From contig JAAPAO010000386.1 in NCBI GenBank assembly GCA_013115145.1, positions 1 to 34,093 on the forward strand: a DNA stretch of 34,093 nucleotides. Direction: 5' to 3'. Numbering within the stretch: the stretch's first letter is position 1; each line of letters begins with the position of its first letter. Shown piece after piece: positions 1 through 9,049 of this stretch. The notes below the pieces were generated by a model that was not told the origin of the DNA, searched no databases, and saw nothing but the letters and a program-made list of their open reading frames with translations. The stretch is from Perkinsus chesapeaki ATCC PRA-425. Its lineage: Eukaryota; Protista; Perkinsozoa. A program made the translations under genes and the position numbers.

Positions 1-17
1 TGGTACGAAATATGTTT

Positions 18-700
18 ATAGCTTGGATCACATCGAACTTCATACCATGATGAAAGCACATTGTCACCCGACATGAAGCGATGCGCGATATGAGGTGCGT
101 GAGTTAAATGCGGCGAAGAAGTTCTTGGCGAGTGACACCTCTATTAATGTAAGACGAGGAATGGTTAGCAGTGTAGCTTTTTCGATGAGGAATTTCCGAC
201 ACTTTTTGTTCCCGTTCGTTGGGTGAAGGTGCGCGAATTTTGAACCCACCGATGTAGAGCTACGAATCATTAGATCGGGAATCTGATTCCCATCACGTTC
301 AAGCGGTAGTTTGAACTCGAAACTTTCATAAAGAAGATTTTCATTACCCGGCTGCTTTTTAGGTGAGACCTTCGTTTGCGCGTTTCCTGTATCTTCCAAA
401 GTCCACTGAGAATATCTCGAAAGAGGCGCGCATCGCGGAAGGATAGAATGCCATTGGGGTTGATCAAGGTGAGGTCGTTGGCCTACGGAAATATTTCTGA
501 CGCATCCTGGAGGAGAATTGGTTCAGCGTCGAAATATCTACCAGACTTTTGCAGAGACGGCCTGAAGTCTCCATTTTTGAACCGCAGTAGGAAACGAGAA
601 CCGACGAGAGTCTGCCGGAAATTTGCCAAGTCTTGTCGCATCCGTCTGCCGAGCATAAATAGAGCGTCGCCGAGTGCAGATGTCGTGGAGAGGTTTGTCT
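18..700 (-). pseudogene. Degenerate coding relic of an unknown gene family
   Basis: 18-103 aligns without gaps to 5200-5285. In one minus frame (LTHLISRIASCRVTMCFHHGMKFDVIQAI vs LTHVISRIASCRVTIHSRHGIEFDVIQAI) five differences are synonymous. Upstream sequence reads protein-like but needs frame changes and crosses stops. Confidence 0.3.
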
Positions 701-1658
701 ATAAATTATTTTTTAGTTGTGGATGATATGACAAGTTCACTCTGGACCCAAGACACTTGAGAATGGCAAAGTGAAGGTTGCTGACGAAAGCCGAGGAATG
801 TAAGTGAGGGGGGGCTATTATAAGCTCATAGATTTCAATGCTTTCGCGTATTCGTCTTGAATTAATTATTCCTCATCGCCTTACCCCTTTTACCAGGTTA
901 ATCGTAGGCATTATGGGGGGTCTCGCTCTCGCGGGTTAAGGAGGCCTCGGCGTGGATTTGGTAAATCATATGAAGTATATATTATGAATTATGCAGAAAA
1001 TTTCTCACTTGCGTATTCTTGTATTCTTGTACCGATGCGACTCGTGAGGCAAAATTCCCACAATATCAGATGAAAATTTGTTCATTCCGTGCGCGCCCTA
1101 TAGTAGAATATCTGATATGGATACCCTAAGCAAACCCAGAAAGTACTGGAGCTAGTTATATAAGTTCGAAGCGCCACTTGACCTGCCTCTAATTAATTAC
1201 AGTCTGGTAAAAAAATTGTCCAGCGCCGATCTGAATGTGATGTAGGTCGAGTCTGAGGATGAAAATGGTAGCACTAGATCAGAAATTTGTTGCTCTTTCC
1301 ATTGGTATACGATTCACCTGCGCACGGTCCCTATCCCCTGAGAGATTAGAATCTTAAAAAATTTCTGGCGGCCCAACGTAAATTTTCGAACCTTAATCTC
1401 GCATTTCTCCGCAACCTGATCGAATCTGACATCATCCAAGACACCGTTGTAATCAGGATGCCATGCACTTTCGATTGGTGCTTGAACCTCCCGGAGTTGG
1501 TGAAGTTTCAAAAAATCGCCTTTTTGGGTGCTTCAACCATCTAAAAATGAAGCGCAGCGCAAAGACTTCGTCTAGACTTCGTCAAAGACGTCTAGACTTC
1601 GGTGTCAGGAACCAACCAGCTCAGTTGATTCGAGTAAAAATGTCTGGCTGGAACAGGC

Positions 1659-1915
1659 AATGCATTTCCGTTGAATACAATAAAGCTTATCAGATAAACT
1701 GAAAAAGAGTAGTCAAGAACGGTTTTACTGTCCCTTGTTAAATGCGTGAGTGATCACCAGCTCAGGGCGATAGTATCCGAATCATAATTACAATAAATCG
1801 GCTTTTGTTTGTCCTGTCATCCAGGCTCGGCGGTCGGCGACCGCCGGTCGCGCGACCGCGGACTAGGGCGAACGAAGTGCCAATCATGGAAAATGGTTTT
1901 TCGAGCGCTGGTCGC
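1659..1915 (-). pseudogene. Truncated third copy of the tandem surface-protein gene: upstream region plus ATG CAT TGC only
   Basis: 1659-1910 aligns with 2966-3205 (aaagcttat.agataaactgaaaaagag.agtcaagaac ... agggcgaacgaa ... ttttcgagcgct). Similarity ends right after the codons for M-H-C, and the sequence below 1658 is unrelated. Confidence 0.7.
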
Positions 1916-2253
1916 AGCCGGCACATTGGCGCGGGGGACACGAACTGTGCTATTTAAAGTGTAACGCGCGGTTAAAGATACCTGTATATTCTATACCCAC
2001 TTCCTGGGACGGGTGGCCCGGGCAACCGGTTTAAGGGCAAGATTCGTTTTAGCCTGTCGAATTTCGGCTGGGCTTCTCGTGGTACAGATTCTTTACTAGA
2101 GAGAGTCCACTGAAGATTCCACGATTAAGTAATCTGTGCTGAGCGAGTCCAGCAATCGTTCAATGCAAGGAAAGACTCGGATTAAACATAGACGCGTGCC
2201 TTGCCTGGTCCGATACAGGATCGTAAAAGCAGGGAAGTAGGCTAATAATTATG

Positions 2254-2324
2254 CCTCAATAGGCCGGGTGTAAAATTTACACCCAGCCTATTGAGGGACT
2301 GAGGGATTTACACTGTAAATCCCT
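2254..2324. repeat. Two adjacent palindromes: 21-bp arms with 1 mismatch, and 11-bp arms, each with a 1-nt centre
   Basis: cctcaataggccgggtgtaaa-a-tttacacccagcctattgagg and agggatttaca-c-tgtaaatccct. Confidence 0.95.
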
Positions 2325-2429
2325 AACTCGGTAAACACTAAAATAAACTCAAGGCTGCTATAGGTTCAATGTCACTTCATTATCGGCAAATCAAATGCAA
2401 ATGTTACAACTATCAAAATCTAATTAAAT

Positions 2430-2455
2430 CTCGGCAGCCACGTGGACTTGCCGAG
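2430..2455 (-). promoter_or_regulatory. Conserved 3' UTR stem-loop (second copy at 3803-3828)
   Basis: mRNA sense CUCGGCA-A-GUC-cacgu-GGC-UGCCGAG, starting 14 nt after the stop in both paralogs. The internal difference between copies is in the loop. Confidence 0.5.
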
Positions 2456-2469
2456 GACATCCTTCGACT

Positions 2470-2973
2470 TTAATGGACGCCACCAGCAAGATGATACACC
2501 ACGACTCCTGCCCAAACAATCCAGCTTCCGGCGATAACTCCACTCTGGTTAGACCTGCTCACATCCCTCAGGTTGCCGCTTGGAGGACCAGTCGTGCTTG
2601 TCGTTGATGGCGAAAGCACTTCCTCCTCTAAGGGAATAGTCATGGACTGCAGGAACTCCATAAAAGTCGGAGTCCCTTCTGAACCGGGAGATGGTTCTAT
2701 GGTGTCAGACGAGTCGAAGCTATGCTGGAGATCTTCCCAAGCCTGTTCCATCGGTGAAGCCGTAGTAGGAGACAGAACCAATTCGCTGAGCCTGTCAGCT
2801 ATAGACTTGGTCGTCGTCGCCGGAAGGATGGCAGTAGTGTAAGGGCCGGGGGTGGTGTCATTGCTTGAAGGGTAGTCTTGAAGGTGGTCAGATAACCAGT
2901 CCATGTTCAGATCGTCGAACAATGTTGCAACAACTAGGCGGAGCATAGTTAACCAGAGCACGAAGCAATGCAT
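2470..2973 (-). CDS. Secreted S/T/P-rich (mucin-like) protein with a C-terminal hydrophobic tail, probable GPI-type surface protein, copy 1
   Basis: Intronless 167-aa ORF with an N-terminal signal-like segment (MHCFVLWLTMLRLVVA), an NDT sequon, T/S/P-rich tracts and a C-terminal WIVWAGVVVYHL. It is paralogous to 3843-4313. Confidence 0.8.
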   Translation of the reverse strand: MHCFVLWLTMLRLVVATLFDDLNMDWLSDHLQDYPSSNDTTPGPYTTAILPATTTKSIADRLSELVLSPTTASPMEQAWEDLQHSFDSSDTIEPSPGSEGTPTFMEFLQSMTIPLEEEVLSPSTTSTTGPPSGNLRDVSRSNQSGVIAGSWIVWAGVVVYHLAGGVH

Positions 2974-3127
2974 TTTGCTTGAATATGATAAAGCTTATAA
3001 GATAAACTGAAAAAGAGCAGTCAAGAACAGTTTTATTGTCCGTCATCGAATGCATGAGTGATCAAGTTCAGGGTCATACTATCCGAGTCATTATTACGAT
3101 AAAGCATTGCTCATCCTGTTATTTGAG

Positions 3128-3205
3128 GTCGGCGGTCGCGCGGTCGGGTGGTCGCGGGCCAGGGCGAACGAAATGTCAATCGTGGAAAACGGTTTTCGAG
3201 CGCTC
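3128..3205 (-). promoter_or_regulatory. Conserved GC-rich upstream block shared by all three tandem copies (1826-1910, 3128-3205, 4448-4517)
   Basis: Shared cggtcgcg..agggcga(a/g)cgaa..tggaaa..ttcgagcgc, about 135-230 nt upstream of each ATG, while flanking DNA has diverged. Confidence 0.5.
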
Positions 3206-3842
3206 TGGCGTTTCCCGTCGCAACGCTCCATGTGCGGCTGTCTGACAGCTGCTGTCGAAGTGGGGAATTGCAATGCAGGCCACCGGCCAGCGTTGCTGCT
3301 TGTTGCGGCCCACTCAGACGGTCTGGCTAAGAGAGGATCAACCTGACCGGTCGCTATCAGCGGTTTATATCTTATAGCGCTAGTTTATGTCTTGTGAAGC
3401 TTATAACGACTCGTTCTAAACTTTAACCGATGCCGATACCACTGTTGCAGTAACAGGGCTACTGTAGCACTGAAGAGCTGCTCTTCAAGAGCACATAATC
3501 AGTGATTATTGGTCATTCCTCTAATCGACAGGCCTAAGAGATCGTCTTTAGTTAGTTTCTCATCATCAGGGATTCGGGTTTCACGGGGGCGTGACGTCCC
3601 GGACGTCCATCCCAACGTGAAACCTCCAAGGTTAGCCTCGGGCTTCATCCCCCATAAAAACTAAACGGCTTGTATGTATTTTATACTATGAACTTGCGTG
3701 AGCACTAAAATAAACTCAAGAACATAACTCATATAAATCGTTTTATCCCGTCGACGAAAACTCATGGTGCAAAATGTGACAATAATCCAATCTTAATTAC
3801 TCTTCGGCAGCCTCGTGGACTTGCCGAGCACCCTCATCGACC

Positions 3843-4313
3843 TCAACGACGACCACCGTTGCCAAGGTGTACAACTGCTATTACCAACCACACCAGCCAG
3901 CTCCTCCCGACAGCTCCGGTAGCTTTAGCGTAGCTCACCCTCAAGTACCCGCTCGAAGGAGTAGTCGTACTTGTCGTTGAAGCTGATAGATCCTCTTCAG
4001 AGAGAATCGTGATTGACATCAGCTCTTCCTCAAAGGAAGGAGTCTCACTCTCCGACAAGTCCAGACGATCTTGAAGGTCCTTCCAAGCTTGCTCCATTGG
4101 GGAGGGAGTGGTTGCTGGTGATACCAATTCCGCGAGCCGTTCGGCAATAGACTTAGTAGTCGTCGCTAGCTCAGGCACTATGGTAGTCATTACGAAACCG
4201 GCAGTGGTGTCGTTGTCCAACCCGTAGCCGAAGGGCGGCTCCACCTCGATCCCGTCGAAGAATGAGCCGCCAACCACGTACACCATAGTTAGCCAAATCG
4301 CGATAGAGTACAT
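3843..4313 (-). CDS. Secreted S/T/P-rich protein with a C-terminal hydrophobic tail, copy 2
   Basis: Intronless 156-aa ORF with a signal-like N-terminus and C-terminal WLVWLVIAVVHL. It shares ATTTKSIA(D/E)RL(S/A)ELV and SPMEQAW(E/K)DLQ with copy 1. Confidence 0.8.
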   Translation of the reverse strand: MYSIAIWLTMVYVVGGSFFDGIEVEPPFGYGLDNDTTAGFVMTTIVPELATTTKSIAERLAELVSPATTPSPMEQAWKDLQDRLDLSESETPSFEEELMSITILSEEDLSASTTSTTTPSSGYLRVSYAKATGAVGRSWLVWLVIAVVHLGNGGRR

Positions 4314-5174
4314 TTAGATTTAGTCTAATGAACTGAAAACTGTACGAATAACATCCAGTGCCATCCTCAGTCACATTCAGGAAATCTAAATCCGCCGGCT
4401 CACAATAACGTCTAGTTAATGCACTAAAACGTTATTCATTTCCCAACCTCGACGGCTGCGGTCGCGGACAGGGGCGAGCGAAATATGATATCTGGAAATG
4501 GGCAAGTTTCGAGCGCCTCGGAAACACTCCTTTGGCCCCCGTCAATGAGTCTCAATGAGGGCTCATTGCAGATTAGTTAGAGCAAGCGCAATTAACGGGA
4601 GGTTCTAGCCCTGACGAGCGCTGTAGTGCCATTACAGGGGCAACCCATTGAACTGGGGCGATCTACTGAGATACAATCGGGCCCCTGCAGTAGCGGAGTA
4701 TCGAGCTCAATGAACGTTTTTTAAATTGTACATTGAGTCTAGTATTTTGTATTCGTTGAAGTCACAACGGTATCTAGGAGCAACTCCTACAGAAATGTCG
4801 CGACTCGCGAGTGATACTCGCGAATTTTATTCATATCAGTAGCTAAGATGTCGTATTACATATTGAGCATATCTGTGCAGTTTTCTATGTCTACCATCTC
4901 TAATGCTGTATAGATTATACAGTATAATACTCTCTTATTGCTCAGATACCTCCTCACTTCGCAGTGCTGCAAGTTGGATTGAAGACCCTTATTAAGGGTC
5001 CCTTGAGGGCTTTAACGTAATTGTTCTCTCCGTCTATACCAGACATACGTTTCTACTGCAAAATAGTAACCATCGAGTTGGTTAATAGCTTTACATTCGT
5101 CGAGTCGATCAGACTATGTTAGTCCGAATCGTGCTGCTCGATCGAGTAGAGCAAAAGGAGTTGAGAAGCTTAAG

Positions 5175-5285
5175 TTAAGGGGAGATGATACGAAGTTTGA
5201 TAGCTTGGATCACGTCGAACTCGATTCCATGACGAGAATGTATTGTCACGCGACAGGAAGCGATGCGCGATATGACGTGCGTGAG
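5175..5285 (-). pseudogene. C-terminal fragment paralogous to 18-103
   Basis: LTHVISRIASCRVTIHSRHGIEFDVIQAIKLRIISP*. Synonymous-biased divergence from 18-103. There is no room for a full gene before the syntaxin ATG at 5540. Confidence 0.3.
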
Positions 5286-5539
5286 AAAGAGATATGGTCT
5301 GGATTCCATATCTCTCTCTACCATGCGCTGTGTTGGAGAACAGTACTACATTGGCAAAAGCAATGTACCGCATTCGGCCCCCACTCGAATACCTCCTAGC
5401 TATTGCCTGGGAGCATATTACAGCGTTTACATAATTTTTTGACAATTAATATTTGCACAGACCGGTGTATCCTAGACACGCAATGCTTGTTGATGTGCAG
5501 CCTACTGGGCTTCACTAAGGCCCCTTATATAATGCAATA

Positions 5540-8500
5540 ATGAAAGACCATATTGACCGTCTACGCAATGAGTCACTCCGAATAAGCACAGGTTCAAATC
5601 CCGGTTATGGCAGCTTTGGTGAGTATGAGGATGTATCTAGGCCCTAGATACATCCTAGATTCTAGGGATATACTTTATCTTCAGATACTCGGAGGCCTCG
5701 ATCATCACGTTGGGCTACGGCGGAGATGGAAAACTTTCTAAGGCGAAAAGGTAACTTTGCAATTACGCCTTACGATAACCATCTATTGTCGTCCACACTG
5801 TGGAGTACTGTGCGGTTTTTTCCCATCCCAATGCTATTTCGATTTGAAATAGTCACCTCTTTTCGAAGGTTTACATATGACAAATGAGATTATGAGCTAT
5901 TTCATGCTCGCTCAATGTTCTTTGCGCAGGCTGAAGCTCTGCCTTGAAGATAGGAATACATACGAAAAAGGGATACATGAAGTCACTTTATTAAAGTGAC
6001 TTCATTACTGCGGAGTTTATATTCGCAGGGATTTTCGGTTCTCAGAAATTCGCCGTTTATTCTGAGTTACTTCAGGCGAGATTTTGTCGAGCCTCGAAGG
6101 GATCCGTAAAGAAATCGGGGCACTTGAACGATGTAGAGAGGCGCTTGCAAGCGAGACATCACGGGCTGGTGTTCAAGGTGGGTGAGGGAGTAAAAATGAT
6201 AATAATTTTCTCATTTATGAGAGTGCCATGTAAATTAGGCTTTAGAAGGAGTGTGCGACTCAGTGTCTATTGAATAGATAGTATGATACTATTAGTATCT
6301 CTGGAAACCCTCGCGGCATGTAAATCAGCTGATCGACTTGACAGTCGAAGTGCTACGATGCTGCCTACAAACGGTTCCAAGACACGTCACTTGTGAAATA
6401 ACCACTTTCGCGCAGAATGAGAAATGGTTGATAAGTGGAAGCGAACGGTTCTCGTTGGCTACTACTAAGCACATCATAGGCGTCCAGGGTAATGGTCTAT
6501 TGTTCGTAAATTACTACGAATTTCGTGGGTGGGTAAGCGCATTGCATCGAATGCCAGCAAGGGATGAATTTTACTGCAGCTTGCTGGGTTCGTTCGCACA
6601 AGTTTGCAATAGGCATACACCTTCTCGTGAGATTTACTGCTAAGTTATGTTGCCAGGTATTGTAGATGGATTCGAAGATGCTAGAGTATACATAACTAAC
6701 CAGTTACAAAGGATTAAAGTGCAGGTAGATTACTGCGTGATCGATTCAGGATTTCTGAATTCATAATAGAATACTCCATAACTTTCCTAAGAATCTATCG
6801 CTTTCTGAATCAGGAAGCTACGCTGGGCTTAGAGCGCCGATGCTGTGCGAGCATGTGTCGGACTCTTCATGCGAATGTTTTATCAGATAGAAGAAGAATC
6901 AGATGCCACGGAGGAATTCGGGCAGAAATACGGAACCCAGAGTAGCACGGATCTGCGAGCTCGACGAAGCGGCTGCCTCATGCTCTTGCATGAGATGAAG
7001 AAATTGGTGAGTGCCCCAAGATTCAGCCAAGATTACTTTGCCAAATTCTTCGTTCTGCGCACCGCTGCTGTGATGGCAGCAGGCTCCGCTGCCTTCACTA
7101 AAACTTCTAAACGGCTCACTAAAACTGCCTTCACTTAGGGACGGCAGGTTTAGGCTGCTAAGAAGTTGAAAAGTTGGAAAACTAGTTACAGTTAACAGCT
7201 ATCTAAGCTGTTATAAGTTATTAAGATAAGTCATGAAAATACTAACAGTTATAGCTTATAGCCGTTTGTATTTTTATGACGTTCCTACCTTAACGCTTAG
7301 TTGGAAAAAGTTGTTCGACTTGATCTGTTCAAGTTCAGATTGTTCAATCTGCTCCAGCCAGTGTCAGGTGTCAAATACAGTGTCCCTCTAATGTTCAGCA
7401 TTAGAGAGGCACTGTATCTGAATTAGATAATCTGGTGACGCTGGTGCATCTATTTGTCTCACTGCCTTGCCCCAGTGCGATAATCTCATATTTCTAAATG
7501 GAAGCGGCCGACTCTTTGCTTCATGTTGCTTGTGTTACAGATAGGACTGCTATATGGCGAAGTAGAAGAGTTTCGACGAGATTTGAGAATGCACTTGAAG
7601 AGCCAGTTGGCAATTGCGTTACCAAATGCAAATGATGAAGAGGTGAGCTTGCAAGCACTGGACCGATCTGCATTGCAGATTCTGCAAATATACTGCCGCT
7701 ACTGGTGTGTGTGCACTCCTCAGTATTTTAGTTTCTACTGTACTCTTTTAGCTTGAAGAGGCTCTTGATAAAGGCATTGACTTGAGGCAAGTGCTCAAAA
7801 AAAGAAGTTCCACCGGTCGCGTTATGAAACTGCAAGAATTACAAGATCAGTAAGATTCCACTTCTTGACTGTATATGACGTTCGTTATTCTCGGCACTGA
7901 GGGCTAAGCGAAATCCCGTCAGACGATTCTTACAATGTGGCTGTGTGAATGTGTACAGCAGCACGCAGATGCGTAAGGTCATTTCTCTTGCAGGCGATCG
8001 GCGGTCGTTCTTCTGGAGAAGTCAGTTGTGGAAACGCAAGAAATGATGTCCACGCTAGCCGTAGGATTCATTCTGACACCTCTAGCTGCTATTGGCTACT
8101 CTTTAGCTGCTTATAAACCATCAGGGAGGGCTTCTTGATAGTATCGAGTTTGATGTTGTGAATAGCAAATACAATGCAGGTAAGGAGGCTCTGACTGAGG
8201 CAGGCTGCCTCTATGGTGTAATAAGTCTTAAAGTTTAATAAGTTTACTCACGTGTACCTATTCGCAGCGAATTCGTGTCCATTGTGAATAATAGCTAGCA
8301 CTATCTGTCCAACTTTATCGCTAAATCCATGCTTGATAAGCTAGGGTGTTATGTCTCACGAATAGCGAGTGAACAGGTCCTCATGTGCCGTTGTTCCGTC
8401 TTCTACAGTGTGTTTACTACTCGAGGTTTCCTCCCATTGACTCGGGGATGAGGAAATATTGAATAGGAACTAATCAATTACAATCCACTTAACGTCGCAT

Positions 8501-8982
8501 TATACATGAACAGCTTTAATGAGTAAAACGTTACGACCTGAGAGATGTATAGACGCGGTGGTCCCGAATTATGCGCCTTATGGTCAGCGAAAGTGGTCCC
8601 CAGATACTAAGTAATAATTTCTCATTGTTTTAGATAAGACATACCGGTCTTTAGTCGATACCAGAAAGAACCAGAGGCGTACTCAGCTGTGTATGCTAGG
8701 CTGCGGCTGTTGCTGCGTGCTTGTCATTGCTCTTATTGTAAGTTGTCATCACACTATGGTATGCAATTGTACAATTGCAAGCATGCAATCACTATGATTT
8801 ACAAAAATCTCTGTAAGTTCTTTCCCATTGTGTATTGGCATAGTATGGGCAGCTGCCGGCATAGATTATATACAAAATACACTAAGTTGTCGAAGCAACC
8901 AGAACATCAACATGAAACAGTATTCAATAGTCCCTTTTTTCAGGTTTTAGTTCTCCTTTTGTTATTCGGTCGTCGCGCATGA
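5540..8982 (+). CDS. Syntaxin (Qa-SNARE), 11 exons, about 305 aa
   Basis: Phase-consistent GT-AG exons: 5540-5618, 5685-5750, 6076-6177, 6657-6724, 6887-7006, 7541-7642, 7752-7849, 7994-8060, 8107-8179, 8634-8737, 8944-8982. The protein has an N-peptide (MKDHIDRLR), Habc helices, a QLAIALPNANDEELEEAL linker, a SNARE motif (LLEKSVVETQEMMSTLALLINHQGGLLDSIEFDV) and a C-terminal TM segment (CMLGCGCCCVLVIALIVLVLLLLF). Confidence 0.92.
5628..5666. repeat. 14-bp-arm palindrome plus an overlapping 6-bp-arm palindrome in syntaxin intron 1
   Basis: aggatgtatctagg-c-cctagatacatcct; cctaga-t-tctagg. Confidence 0.95.
5977..6005. repeat. Perfect 14-bp-arm palindrome in syntaxin intron 2
   Basis: atgaagtcacttta-t-taaagtgacttcat. 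Confidence 0.95.
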
Positions 8983-9049
8983 CTCGCACACGAGCACGTT
9001 TTGTTGAGTTGGTTAATTAATATCAGCTTTGGAATATATCCAAAAAGAC

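Noticed and set aside
5588-5604. tRNA T-loop-like ggttcaaatccc
   Set aside because: It lies inside syntaxin exon 1 and has no cloverleaf.
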